The notes beneath the pieces are model-generated. The model was not told the origin of the DNA. It ran no database searches and saw only the letters and a program-made list of their open reading frames with translations. Of a stretch of DNA of 64,000 nucleotides, positions 48,337 through 58,634 are shown piece after piece; the stretch's first letter is position 1, and each line of letters starts with the position of its first letter. This DNA comes from Escherichia phage FEC14, in sequence record MG383452. One strand, given 5' to 3'. A program made the translations under genes and the position numbers.

Positions 48337-49031
48337 TCCTCCGGATGATGTATGCCGTCTTTATCAACTCGGAACCATTCAGGAAGTTCCGACCATGGCA
48401 TGTTCAAATCATTAGACATTTCAATAATTATCTCTTTGATGACGTTTGGATCCCCACCGCCCGAACCATCATCAACCCAATAATCTTCTCCATAGATGTG
48501 ACCATGTAATTGAAAATTGAATGAACAATCTATGTGTGGTGATTCTGTTGCGTCTCCTTCCCAGTTGTCAGAAATCGTGTGATTTACCAACATTATCTTC
48601 ACGTTCTGATCTTGAGATAAAGTGTCGTTGTCCTTTATCTGACAGTCAACAGAAGGAGTGAACACAGAATAAATTTGTTCCAACACCTGTAGCATTTCGA
48701 CCAGTTTCTTCGTTCTGATGTTATATTCAAAATCTATAATGATCGGAATTCGTTGTTTGGACCGCGCAGTTGCAGTCGATATCTGATTATGATACGACTT
48801 GGTCACCTGTTTATTGATTTCGAACTGACCAAAGGACATTGTTGCAAATGGCAGCATATTGGCTGGCACGTTCCTGTTGAGGTCATTACGGCGGCCAATG
48901 GCCATATGCAGCGGGATTTCCATCAAGCCACGTTCGGTTTTGACTTTTAAATCCGACATGATAGCGTTGAAAACATGGATATATTTCAACAACGATTCAT
49001 GGTAGAAATATTTTTCAAATGGTCTGGCCAT
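48333..49031 (-). CDS. 15: tail sheath stabiliser / tail completion protein gp15
   Basis: N-terminal region parallels T4 gp15; position between gp14 and gp16. Confidence 0.6.
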   Translation of the reverse strand: MARPFEKYFYHESLLKYIHVFNAIMSDLKVKTERGLMEIPLHMAIGRRNDLNRNVPANMLPFATMSFGQFEINKQVTKSYHNQISTATARSKQRIPIIIDFEYNIRTKKLVEMLQVLEQIYSVFTPSVDCQIKDNDTLSQDQNVKIMLVNHTISDNWEGDATESPHIDCSFNFQLHGHIYGEDYWVDDGSGGGDPNVIKEIIIEMSNDLNMPWSELPEWFRVDKDGIHHPED

Positions 49032-49033
49032 GA

Positions 49034-49675
49034 TTATTCCCCGAAGTCTATCTTCATTTTATTGGGCGAAAGATCTTTCTCTATTTCGTCCGCAAATTGG
49101 TTATCCGTTTGCAGGCTGGCGTCTTTGTACACACCGTCTCCTTCCAGATCCTGCAATCGTTTATCGATATCGTCTATTTCAGATACACCTGTATCGAAAT
49201 CTTCGTTACCGTATTGGAACAACGTACATGGTAGGGAATATGTGTACCATTTCCCAAATTGCATGAATTCTTCATCGTTGTTCGGGTTATTCACTTTAAA
49301 TATTTTGTTAGCCATAGGCAGATATATCAAATCACCTTCTTGAGGCATTTGTTCAAGGCCTGGACCATTACCAATAACTTCTGAAAAACGACGACGAGCA
49401 ATAGTGAAGGTCACTTCATCTTGTAATTGGATACCGCCGAACTTTTCCCACATCTGTGTGTTGAAGCCTTGATAATCCTGCATATACACTTCGATGTCAA
49501 ACGCTTGGTCGAATTTGTGTTCGGCCTCGTTTAAAATTGGGTATTTTTCAACAATAGAACGTGGGATATACTTGACGTCAATCCCACGCAATTGTATCAT
49601 CTCGACCACCAAGTCATCAATTAATTTTTGAGTACCTTGATGTGCTGTATAGTTGAAATATTTTGAAGTAGCCAT
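49034..49675 (-). CDS. 14: neck protein gp14
   Basis: Position between gp13 and gp15; MAT... N-terminus; preceded by CTAAATA motif and GAGGG RBS. Confidence 0.55.
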   Translation of the reverse strand: MATSKYFNYTAHQGTQKLIDDLVVEMIQLRGIDVKYIPRSIVEKYPILNEAEHKFDQAFDIEVYMQDYQGFNTQMWEKFGGIQLQDEVTFTIARRRFSEVIGNGPGLEQMPQEGDLIYLPMANKIFKVNNPNNDEEFMQFGKWYTYSLPCTLFQYGNEDFDTGVSEIDDIDKRLQDLEGDGVYKDASLQTDNQFADEIEKDLSPNKMKIDFGE

Positions 49676-49698
49676 GACTTTACCCTCAATTTTGAAGG

Positions 49699-49705
49699 TA
49701 TTTAG
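49699..49705 (-). promoter_or_regulatory. candidate late promoter CTAAATA upstream of gp14-gp17 operon
   Basis: Motif about 25 nt upstream of gp14 ATG. Confidence 0.45.
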
Positions 49706-49736
49706 TCAATCATTAATTCTTTTGAGGAATTGATAA

Positions 49737-49949
49737 ATGAAGGTTGAAGATATTAAAGAAACTCGTGACGGAAGGCGTGTGAGAATTATCTGTGTAGATG
49801 CTAAAATCGCCGATGGTTCATATAACATTGTGGGTCTTATCAAAGGCGAAAAGGATAATGATTTTATTGAATGGTGGGACGAAAAGAACGTGGTTGATGG
49901 TTATATTCTAGCAAATTCAGATCCTTCCGGACGCGACATCAAGTTATAA
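49737..49949 (+). CDS. small plus-strand protein (70 aa) embedded in the late operon
   Basis: GAGGAA RBS 9 nt before ATG; followed by a bidirectional hairpin. Confidence 0.45.
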   Translation: MKVEDIKETRDGRRVRIICVDAKIADGSYNIVGLIKGEKDNDFIEWWDEKNVVDGYILANSDPSGRDIKL

Positions 49950-49954
49950 AAAGA

Positions 49955-49972
49955 AAGGCGGGATAACCCGCC
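49955..49972. terminator. bidirectional hairpin AGGCGGG-ATAA-CCCGCCT between the plus-strand small gene and gp13
   Basis: Inverted repeat between convergent genes. Confidence 0.45.
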
Positions 49973-49977
49973 TTCTC

Positions 49978-50787
49978 TTATCCCATCATAAAATCGATAG
50001 GGTATTGCTGACCAGTACGCAATTCTTCCTCCAGCCGCTCTATCTCGGTCTCGGCCTCACTGAACATACTATCACCATCCAGTTCGATACCACCAGGGAG
50101 ACGGATGCCTCTTGCCTTCTTAAGCACCTCTGCCCAACGGCGCTTGACCAATGCAGTCGCATACGCTTTCAACCACATATCATTCCATGCTTCAGCGTTT
50201 TCTTCCGATTCGGGGTCGATATTTTGATAACAACGAAAAGCCAGAGTTTCATCAACAATGGCAGCAAACTGCGGGTAAAGGCGTCGCTGGAACTTCTTGT
50301 ACACAAAATTACGGCGAACATTTAAGACGCTTGTGATATCCGACAGGCGTTGTTGCATGGAAACATAATCAATGAGACGAATAGAAACCAGCGCTGCTTT
50401 GGGGACAAGCATTGCTTGAGCCATTTGCCATTGAGGAGTTGCCCAGTTTCCGATTGACTCAATAGGAGGTCCAGGGATAACTTCAATCACATCGTCAATA
50501 TCATCGGGAAATTCTATATATCCCTTGTCGATATCTTCTTGTTTAACTTGGTACAGGAAGAACGCATCTTGGCTACCATCACGATGATATTCCCAAAATT
50601 TCTGCAGAGCATCATCGACTGCATCTTCGACTTGTGAACTGTCAAGGTTAATTTGGATCACAGGAGCGCCCAATTTACGCAAGACATAATTCATAAAAGA
50701 TTTTTTGTCTCGAATCTTATTGACGGCCATTGTTATTCCCCTTTTGCTGCAAATCAGATACAGTAATCCGCAGTGTGCGAACATCAT
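49978..50787 (-). CDS. 13: neck protein gp13
   Basis: Position upstream of gp14 in the T4 order 13-14-15-16-17; 269 aa. Confidence 0.55.
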   Translation of the reverse strand: MMFAHCGLLYLICSKRGITMAVNKIRDKKSFMNYVLRKLGAPVIQINLDSSQVEDAVDDALQKFWEYHRDGSQDAFFLYQVKQEDIDKGYIEFPDDIDDVIEVIPGPPIESIGNWATPQWQMAQAMLVPKAALVSIRLIDYVSMQQRLSDITSVLNVRRNFVYKKFQRRLYPQFAAIVDETLAFRCYQNIDPESEENAEAWNDMWLKAYATALVKRRWAEVLKKARGIRLPGGIELDGDSMFSEAETEIERLEEELRTGQQYPIDFMMG

Positions 50788-51058
50788 CTGAAAGACTGCT
50801 GCTATTGAGTTTTAACTCAGCCATGTTTTGTTTGACATATGCGAGGTCAGTATTCATGATCGCCATACGTTCACTCATGTCATTCACTTTCTGAAGAACT
50901 TGATCCATCTTGTTGGAATCTCGTTCCAATACATTCACGCGCGTTTCCATCCCGCCCATGAACCAAAGGAACGATGCTGCCGAGACCAATGCAGAAGCCA
51001 CGACGGCAGTTAAGATACCACGGATGTCAAGCCCCGTTCTTTCAGCTTGCGTCGCCAT
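50717..51058 (-). CDS. membrane-anchored coiled-coil protein (113 aa)
   Basis: N-terminal TM segment ILTAVVASALVSAASFLWFMG followed by heptad-like sequence. Confidence 0.4.
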   Translation of the reverse strand: MATQAERTGLDIRGILTAVVASALVSAASFLWFMGGMETRVNVLERDSNKMDQVLQKVNDMSERMAIMNTDLAYVKQNMAELKLNSSSLSDDVRTLRITVSDLQQKGNNNGRQ

Positions 51059-51329
51059 TCTGACCTCCTTCGGGGATTTCGATCCCCAACTTTTCGGCCA
51101 TCATTTTGATTGTCGCCTCCAGATTAGATATCTGGTTTGATTGTTCAACAATGGTGGCTTCACGAGTTTCATTGCGTTGACGGGCTTGCAATGCAGCCAT
51201 GCCAGCGGCGTGATCGGTGCAAATAATCGCGCCAGGGCAAGAACTGCTTCTCAACATGGATGCGTGCCCCTGTACTTTCACTCCACGCATATCTTTATCC
51301 TCTATTGGTTTGGTGGGCTTTACGCCCAC
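51042..51329 (-). CDS. hypothetical protein (95 aa)
   Basis: Minus-strand ORF overlapping the next gene start. Confidence 0.35.
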   Translation of the reverse strand: MGVKPTKPIEDKDMRGVKVQGHASMLRSSSCPGAIICTDHAAGMAALQARQRNETREATIVEQSNQISNLEATIKMMAEKLGIEIPEGGQNGDAS

Positions 51330-51342
51330 CTTTCAACATTAT

Positions 51343-54300
51343 TTATGCCAGAGCAATAAGACGGAAGTCTTTAAATGAAGGAGGAGCAACGCGGTTCCCC
51401 CGTACAAGCGCTCGGACTTTCAGGCCAACAAACGGGTTATTGCTCGCCACAGTCTTGTCATACTCATATTCAAAGAATGTGGAACCGTCGTTAACCAGAG
51501 GCGAAGTTGGGGTGACGTCTTCCCAAGCCACACTATCCATCTCTTGCCCTGCTCGTAGAAGTTTCACCTGCACCTTCATCGAAGACTGAGATGGGAGCAT
51601 TGCACCAAAGAACAACTTCACAGTAGAACACGGATTATCAAATCCGATGTCCTTTGTCACGTATTTGAAGACATCTTCAAATGGATCCACACCGTATGAG
51701 TTGAAGATTACGCTCAGGTCATCGCCATCAATCATTGGAGCAGTGTACACGTTGTTTTCACTACGCGTCATGGTGGCTCGGATTTGGAAATCCCCGACCT
51801 GACGATAGATACCTTCAGTCGGCAATGCCACGTCAGTGTCAGTTTCAAACTCAGCCCAATCAGACATAGAATTTGAAGTGGCATCGCGATAACGGTATTC
51901 CAATTTCAGAATTGAACCTTCCAGAGCCGAATTGGTAACGCTGGCATAGAACATATCAACCAGATAATTGCCCAAGAAAGAAGCATTATCTCCACCGATT
52001 TGTCCATTGCTGTCTGCTGCCGTACCGACGTCAATCTTGAATGAAGTATAGCTCGCATCTGTCACAGTAAACGTTTTGTTAAGTTGTTCAGGAGTAAAGC
52101 CACAACCGCCTGTCAATTCAGAAAGAGTGACATTGTTCCCAGCAACCAAACCATGACCAGGTGCAAACACAGTCACAACAGAAGACCCGCTTACGCAGTT
52201 CAGAGTGTTCAATCCCAACGGACGTTGTTTTGGCCCGAGCTTCGGATCAAATGTTACAACGTTCTGTCCAGCCGCAAAGTTGCAACGATATATGCGGAAT
52301 TTCATATCGGCCATTTGGTTCGGAGACCATGTAGAACCGTTTGAAGAAGTGAAGAACACCCCTGTATACGGTTGTTTGGCGATATATTCGTTGGACAGAA
52401 GGTTTTTCTTGCCCATTTCCGCGATATACGCGTTGTAATCCTGAGTATTCGCCAACAAAACGATAGCAAACTCAGTCGATGCTTGCAGATACACCGGATA
52501 ATCAAAGGTGAACTTCGTACCGCCGGAAGAGTCTGTAGAGATCGTCACTTCAGACGGGTTCAAAGTTTTACGAGTAATGACTGTATGAGAAGGTAAGCCA
52601 TTCTCCATCTCGCGAATTTCCAGAGTGATCGGAACATCACGTGACTTGGTAGAGAAGAATACTTCCACGCCTTCGATATACTCGCCGCCATTCTTAGTCG
52701 CCACCATAAACGATTGGGCAATCGGATCACGCCATTGATCAACAACCACTTCAGAAGTAGAAGTTTCGGTGCGAGTACTAGCAGTGTAACCCAGGACACG
52801 AGTGTTGACAAAGGTCTTTTGAATACCTTGTTTCTTACCGAAAGATTTATGAACAATTTCTGCATTGGTCAGTGTATCATCCGCAGATTTACTGTCAACA
52901 GGGCTATCCGTTAAGCGGAACACGTTGTCACCTGTGTTGAACTTGATTGTATCGTTCTGTGGAACGCGGAATACACCTTTAACAGCACCATTGGCATCAG
53001 TGGTGATTGGGTCACCGAAATTACCACCATTCGGTTTGCAATACAGATTGACGTCACGACCAGAGAAGAACGCATACATACGAGTGAAAGGTCGCAGTCC
53101 AGATGCGTCGAAAGAAATATCGATCTCGCGCATGTATGGGATAACTTGCGTCTCCACAATCTGTTCGCCAGTCATGGTCGTGGTTGTTTTGTCCGTGTAT
53201 GTATATGTGGTGACATCACGGGCAGAAACAGTCGTGCGGTAACGATATCCCCACCACACACCACCAGCACCATGCGGCTCCCAAACACGATCAGAAACAG
53301 AAACAGTCCGCCATGTTCCGTACACTGAACCTTCTTGTACAGTACCACGGGTGTTGATCGTTTCATTGATAATACGCGGTGCAACATAATAGTTTTCGAA
53401 CCAGTAGTCTGTGGTCGGGTTAATCTTCAAGAAACCTTCCCAATTGAATACTGCATACGGGTTAACGTTGATCGTCGTCGTCGCATATTCTTGGTTCACT
53501 GAGATTTCAGGCGTGTAATTGCAAACCACCATCCCATCCATCACTTTGTTCCAGCCAACAGGAGTCATGTCAACAACGTTCTGTTGTACAAACGGGCGTA
53601 GACGTCCGTTTTCGGTATCGATAGAACCCATCCAATCTTCAGACAAGTCATCAATCAACCGGAAGTCTTTGAACGGATCAGCTGCAATACCATTTTTGAA
53701 ACGAGGATTACCCGTGATGGGGTCAAACACTTGCTGTGTCATCGCTGAAGATTCCAGCTGTGACAGAGAGGTATAGTATTCAACATTGGAAATACGGGTT
53801 TCCAGTTTACCGATATCGCGCATTGTATAACGACGATTATCAATAGTTCGAATTTGGATATCATCAATATTCGGTGTATACGGCGGGATCAACAATTCAT
53901 ACAAACGCATGGCGTTCGCTGGGATTGCTGGAGAAGCCAGATTATTAGAACTGATGCCTCGAGCCACACCAAACACGCCGTTGTCTGCCAGATAAATCGC
54001 GTCGATACGCGGCAGATAATATTCTGTGTCCAGAATAACTGCAGTGTTTGGACGTACCATATCTGTGTCAGAAGTTCCGTTGGTGATTTTCGGACGGAAA
54101 TCTAAACTATCTGCCAGGCCGTACACCGCGCCTGATGTAGAAGATGTATAATTCGGGATATCTTTATAATCCATCGAAGTATACGAATCAGCAGAGAAGA
54201 AATCACCGGAACTGTGGGCGAAGTATTGATACACCACTGTATACGTCCCTGAGATTGCTCCAGCGCTGGATAACAAGTTAGACTTGTAATACCCTGCATC

Positions 54301-56181
54301 ACGCTGTCCGCCATCTAGGACGAAGCTGGAGGTCACGTCTGCGCCAGTATCGTTTTTGACCGATACCAATTTCCAACCATCGTGATTCGCCAAAGGACGG
54401 CTGGTCTGCGATGTGAACGTCACTGTTTCAGTTGTTTCAGTGATGGTCTTCGTTTTAATTGTGGCCGTGGTACGAATCATCAGCGCCAGCAAATTGATTG
54501 ACTGGTTAGCATTACCACTACCCAGAGAAATCTGCAGCGCCGAACCGACCGGAGAACCAGTCAAAGACAAAGAGCCAGAGATATCGAACTGCGCTTCCGA
54601 ACCATCTGATTTCGCTGCAGAGTACAACGAAAATTCTGGGGAAAAACTATATCCCAGCGGGGCTGAAATAGAACCAGAACCGCTGCTGTCTAGCGTCACC
54701 TTATAAGTTCTGAGGACTGTGTAGTTGATATCCACGGAACCTGTTGGCGCTAATGTTTTAACACCGAAGACCGGAAGAGAGAAGATCAGGTCTACCATAG
54801 AACTCTGGTTAAACTGGTTGGATTCCAGTTCAGCAGAAAACATGGTGATCCCACTTTCTTCATAAGACACTTTGGTGATAGTGGACGCGTCCCCAGTCAC
54901 AACTAAATCACGCATATACAGGCGGAATTCAGTTGAATTGCGTTCAGCGGATATACACAACGCCGTGGCTTGAGTAGCGCCGGATGCGTTCAATAACTTG
55001 TATCGCACAGTGCGAGATATTACTGGAACACCTTTGGAGTTCTTGGTGACCAGATAATTCCCTGTAGCAACTGCGACAGGCGTGTTATTCAGGACATCGG
55101 TATCCCGTGCCTTGTCAACGATCACCAACTCTTCCCCGACGTTTTCGATACGACGACCGCGAACATAGGAAATACCTGGTTTCATTACAGACACGAATTT
55201 ACTTTCGTCGCCGCCATCAGCAGCATTGAATACACCACCGTTGTTATTGACTTTCAGGTGTTCGCGGATGTCGATCTGATGCGTTGAAACGTTGTAATCG
55301 CCGTTGGTTTCATACGTCCGTTGAGCCAACGTGTCTTCCAGAATATTATAGGTGGACTGAGTCACCATAGACTGGATTTTACCATCACGAACTTTGGCCA
55401 GTTCAACAAAGTCTTCAACCACAGCATCATAATCAAATCGAGATAAGACCAGATCTATTCGAAGACGATGAGCGCCTGGGGCTTTGGAGTTAATCGTTCC
55501 CTGAGCATTTGAATAAAGGGATTCGTCTTCAGATTCAGTCACGATGGTTTCAGTGACTTTAAATCCGACGCGGTGGGAAGACGTGTTCGAAGTTTTATCA
55601 ACGATAAGAGTCGCGTCATCAACGTCTAGGAACATCCCACGAATGAAGTAAACGCCTTTCGTCATACGAGCAACGATAGAACCAGTTACAGCAGCCGCGA
55701 TCCCATAACCAATACGAATGAAATTATCATTCACGTCGTAAGTCTGGAAATACAGATTATCGTTAACATGGAATCCGTCAGCATTACCCGCTTCAGTCAT
55801 CTCAAGGATGGCCAACATCGTATCAGGAGCAGACAGATCACGTTCAAGAGACAACACACGCGCTTTGGCGTTATTGTCTTTCCCCAAAACGTAGAGTTCA
55901 GAAATACCTTCCAGATCGGTGAATTCAGTACCACCCGCCAAAGTGAATTTCAAAGAGACTGCGGCATTGGTGATCGTCAGACCGCCAGGGATAACCATAG
56001 AACCATCTTTGAACAGATGGTTGCCCAGTTTTTCAATTTGATCCTGAAGAATAGTCTGCATCTGGTTCAGTTCGCGAGTCTGAACCTTGATAGGCATCGG
56101 ACGAAAAAGAATCCGTGAAAAACGTTTCCCAGGATTCCAGTCATCCCAATACGGGCGACGGTTTAAATTTGTAGATTGCAT
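51343..56181 (-). CDS. giant virion structural protein (1612 aa), probable tail fibre / baseplate-associated
   Basis: Longest ORF in the window, preceded by CTAAATA motif and GGAG RBS, sits within the tailspike/neck block; N-terminal RPYWDDWNPGKRFSRILFRP motif vaguely recalled from phage structural proteins. Confidence 0.65.
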   Translation of the reverse strand: MQSTNLNRRPYWDDWNPGKRFSRILFRPMPIKVQTRELNQMQTILQDQIEKLGNHLFKDGSMVIPGGLTITNAAVSLKFTLAGGTEFTDLEGISELYVLGKDNNAKARVLSLERDLSAPDTMLAILEMTEAGNADGFHVNDNLYFQTYDVNDNFIRIGYGIAAAVTGSIVARMTKGVYFIRGMFLDVDDATLIVDKTSNTSSHRVGFKVTETIVTESEDESLYSNAQGTINSKAPGAHRLRIDLVLSRFDYDAVVEDFVELAKVRDGKIQSMVTQSTYNILEDTLAQRTYETNGDYNVSTHQIDIREHLKVNNNGGVFNAADGGDESKFVSVMKPGISYVRGRRIENVGEELVIVDKARDTDVLNNTPVAVATGNYLVTKNSKGVPVISRTVRYKLLNASGATQATALCISAERNSTEFRLYMRDLVVTGDASTITKVSYEESGITMFSAELESNQFNQSSMVDLIFSLPVFGVKTLAPTGSVDINYTVLRTYKVTLDSSGSGSISAPLGYSFSPEFSLYSAAKSDGSEAQFDISGSLSLTGSPVGSALQISLGSGNANQSINLLALMIRTTATIKTKTITETTETVTFTSQTSRPLANHDGWKLVSVKNDTGADVTSSFVLDGGQRDAGYYKSNLLSSAGAISGTYTVVYQYFAHSSGDFFSADSYTSMDYKDIPNYTSSTSGAVYGLADSLDFRPKITNGTSDTDMVRPNTAVILDTEYYLPRIDAIYLADNGVFGVARGISSNNLASPAIPANAMRLYELLIPPYTPNIDDIQIRTIDNRRYTMRDIGKLETRISNVEYYTSLSQLESSAMTQQVFDPITGNPRFKNGIAADPFKDFRLIDDLSEDWMGSIDTENGRLRPFVQQNVVDMTPVGWNKVMDGMVVCNYTPEISVNQEYATTTINVNPYAVFNWEGFLKINPTTDYWFENYYVAPRIINETINTRGTVQEGSVYGTWRTVSVSDRVWEPHGAGGVWWGYRYRTTVSARDVTTYTYTDKTTTTMTGEQIVETQVIPYMREIDISFDASGLRPFTRMYAFFSGRDVNLYCKPNGGNFGDPITTDANGAVKGVFRVPQNDTIKFNTGDNVFRLTDSPVDSKSADDTLTNAEIVHKSFGKKQGIQKTFVNTRVLGYTASTRTETSTSEVVVDQWRDPIAQSFMVATKNGGEYIEGVEVFFSTKSRDVPITLEIREMENGLPSHTVITRKTLNPSEVTISTDSSGGTKFTFDYPVYLQASTEFAIVLLANTQDYNAYIAEMGKKNLLSNEYIAKQPYTGVFFTSSNGSTWSPNQMADMKFRIYRCNFAAGQNVVTFDPKLGPKQRPLGLNTLNCVSGSSVVTVFAPGHGLVAGNNVTLSELTGGCGFTPEQLNKTFTVTDASYTSFKIDVGTAADSNGQIGGDNASFLGNYLVDMFYASVTNSALEGSILKLEYRYRDATSNSMSDWAEFETDTDVALPTEGIYRQVGDFQIRATMTRSENNVYTAPMIDGDDLSVIFNSYGVDPFEDVFKYVTKDIGFDNPCSTVKLFFGAMLPSQSSMKVQVKLLRAGQEMDSVAWEDVTPTSPLVNDGSTFFEYEYDKTVASNNPFVGLKVRALVRGNRVAPPSFKDFRLIALA

Positions 56182-56214
56182 TTTGATGCTCCATCTAGTG
56201 CCATTTTATAGAGA

Positions 56215-56221
56215 TATTTAG
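56215..56221 (-). promoter_or_regulatory. candidate late promoter CTAAATA upstream of the 1612-aa gene
   Basis: Motif about 35 nt upstream of ATG. Confidence 0.45.
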
Positions 56222-56320
56222 TATACAGCCAACAAACAGATAGAAATAAAAACCCAGTTCCTCCACCTGATAGTTTTGAACTTCCAGTTCCTGTCAGGTT
56301 AACGAGACATAGCAAAAGAA

Positions 56321-56339
56321 AGCCCCCTTATTGGGGGCT
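56321..56339 (-). terminator. hairpin AGCCCCC-TTATT-GGGGGCT followed by TTCTTTTGC on the minus strand
   Basis: 3' of the 744-aa tailspike gene. Confidence 0.5.
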
Positions 56340-56345
56340 TGTATT

Positions 56346-58580
56346 TTAGATTGTTACGTTAGCAATACTTTCCGTGAACCAACCAGATGGAGTCTTAACT
56401 AAAGTAACCATCATCTTAGTTGCATAGTCTACCCTCAAAGCAGTAAAGGCTCCTGCCACATTAAAGTGGAATCTGTCCGTTACAGTAGGCAATGTTGTAT
56501 CAGCACGTTTAAGCACTACCCCACCACCAGATGAATCAGAGATAACTGTCACACGCTGGCCCATATATCCACCGCTAAACCCACTAAGGGTAAGAGTAAT
56601 ACCGGAACCAGTGACTAATACAATATCAACACCATCTACAGGAATAGATGCTAGGGTCTGAGTTGTAGTGTACTTATCAACAGCATTCTGACTAACCCCC
56701 AATTGCTGAATCTTAACTGGAGTACCGTTGCGGTTGAAGTTAATTAGGTTGGAGTCTTTGTTTACGTAAAAAGAGTAGTTAGGAATAGCGCCGGATGCGA
56801 GCATTGCTGTTTCATCTACTGACTCTAATTCTCGCAACTCTTTGTGATAGCGGTTGTAGTTTCTGTTCTGGATATACTTAGCATTCCATTGAGTAAACCA
56901 AATACCACCAAAACCACCTGATTCAGATGTAGAGATTACATAACCATCATCACCACCAGGCATTGATGCGATGTACCCAACAGAATCACTTGTGTTGATA
57001 TCCCCAGTAGGAGCTAACCCCCAAGTAACTAGGTCACGACTAATCCATACTCGGTAGTTAGTACGACCAATAGAATTATCACCTACACCATTAGCACAAG
57101 TAAACGCCCAAGTAAGAACACCATTAACCCCATCAAAAATAGGAACCAGGTCACCCTTACTATCCGATGTAACTAAATCAGATAAGTGCTGCCAGTTCTT
57201 AAACTGATGATCACTGATATAGAATTTCTGAAGCCCTTTAAGGTCTGTGGTGTGGTAAGCACGAGAGTTCATCACCATACGACCATCCGGCAAAAGGTTC
57301 AGTCCGACTTCCCCACCAGATTCTTCGGAACTAAGTACGTAGTCCATGCTGTACTTAATGTCATACTTCATGATGGTAAGGAAAGAATCAACCCGTGAAC
57401 CAGTGACGGTAGACACAATCATTGCCATCTTACCATCCGGTAAAACAACTGGTTTAGTTGGTGAAGTCCAGATAAAATCTGCCGTTGCTGGCTTAAGGGT
57501 AGCAGTAATGTTAGCTGGTGTACGCCATATAGTAGGAGCTTCCGCATCACAGTAGGTAACATATATCTGGGATGATGTATTAGGGTCATTGCCTGGCTGT
57601 GAGTATCCCCAACCCAACTGGCCTTTGCAGGAAGTAAAGTAACAGTATACCCGACCATCTACTGGGTTATACACAGCAGCAATCTCACCGTTCTGATACG
57701 TAGCCCCAAAGTTAGCTACCACTACCTTAGCCGACCAAGACCACCCATTATCAATGGAGTATTTCATAACGATATTACATTGCTGATCTGGAGTAGCACC
57801 AATATCTGTATTGTTACCATGCAACTCATTACAGAAAATCATCAGAGTACCATCACCAGTTTTAACAATCTGGGGCATACGGTAGAAGACGGTATCCGTA
57901 GGGTTAAGTTTATCAATAGCAACGTCTGGAGCAGACCATGCTAAGTTTTTACCAGAGTGACGCTGAACGCCACGGATATGGTGATAAACATTAGGAATAA
58001 CGGTTCTCACCATATTCTCTTGGTTCTGCCATGCAGCTTCTTCGGCAAATTCTTCTTCAATGGTTTTGCCATTAGCCAGTACTACCATGGATGCACCACT
58101 GGTACTGTTAAGCTGTTCCTTCAGATAAGAAGCACCCAAGCCAATCCAATTATCATCACTGGATGGTAAAGAGTTCTGAGGTACAACTTTAGGTAATGAA
58201 CCATTCCAACGATACTGGATACCATTGTGGGTAAGTACATCATTCTTTGTGGATACTATTGCACCAGTAGTAAAAGAACCAGGTAATACATTATATTCAT
58301 TGCGTTGGGAAGCTAGTTCGCCCAGGTCTACAGAACCCCCAGAGTGTACAAGCAGAGCACTGGCGCTAAGGCTAATAGCCGTGGTTCCTGCTGGAATATC
58401 TACAGGCAAGGAATACGCTCTCTGTGTTTCCTTGTCATAAATAACCTTATATCCAGACAAGGACTGTCCTGATTTCGCATAAACGACTTCCGACTTTTTA
58501 CACCCAAATTTACGAGCAATACTGTCTTTGTTCGATTCTTTTGAAGTAGAACCTTTTGGTTGAGCAAATTGCGGATTCAT
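56346..58580 (-). CDS. tailspike protein with sialidase-like (BNR/Asp-box) beta-propeller domain
   Basis: Asp-box YSIDNGWSWS and FRIP-like YRMP read in translation; N-terminal about 150 aa shared with the 710-aa tailspike. Confidence 0.7.
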   Translation of the reverse strand: MNPQFAQPKGSTSKESNKDSIARKFGCKKSEVVYAKSGQSLSGYKVIYDKETQRAYSLPVDIPAGTTAISLSASALLVHSGGSVDLGELASQRNEYNVLPGSFTTGAIVSTKNDVLTHNGIQYRWNGSLPKVVPQNSLPSSDDNWIGLGASYLKEQLNSTSGASMVVLANGKTIEEEFAEEAAWQNQENMVRTVIPNVYHHIRGVQRHSGKNLAWSAPDVAIDKLNPTDTVFYRMPQIVKTGDGTLMIFCNELHGNNTDIGATPDQQCNIVMKYSIDNGWSWSAKVVVANFGATYQNGEIAAVYNPVDGRVYCYFTSCKGQLGWGYSQPGNDPNTSSQIYVTYCDAEAPTIWRTPANITATLKPATADFIWTSPTKPVVLPDGKMAMIVSTVTGSRVDSFLTIMKYDIKYSMDYVLSSEESGGEVGLNLLPDGRMVMNSRAYHTTDLKGLQKFYISDHQFKNWQHLSDLVTSDSKGDLVPIFDGVNGVLTWAFTCANGVGDNSIGRTNYRVWISRDLVTWGLAPTGDINTSDSVGYIASMPGGDDGYVISTSESGGFGGIWFTQWNAKYIQNRNYNRYHKELRELESVDETAMLASGAIPNYSFYVNKDSNLINFNRNGTPVKIQQLGVSQNAVDKYTTTQTLASIPVDGVDIVLVTGSGITLTLSGFSGGYMGQRVTVISDSSGGGVVLKRADTTLPTVTDRFHFNVAGAFTALRVDYATKMMVTLVKTPSGWFTESIANVTI

Positions 58581-58611
58581 AATAAGAATCTCCTGTTTTT
58601 CTCTAGTAAAT

Positions 58612-58630
58612 ACCCTCCGAAGAGGGGTAT
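58612..58630 (-). terminator. hairpin ACCCTC-CGAAGA-GGGGT between the 926-aa and 744-aa tailspike genes
   Basis: Inverted repeat immediately 3' of the 926-aa gene; AGGAGA RBS of the next gene follows. Confidence 0.4.
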
Positions 58631-58634
58631 ATTT

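Noticed and set aside
51042-51329. Possible o-spanin lipobox (LRSSSC) in the 95-aa protein next to the TM plus coiled-coil protein
   Set aside because: No hydrophobic signal segment precedes the Cys and the gene order is opposite to Rz/Rz1 pairs
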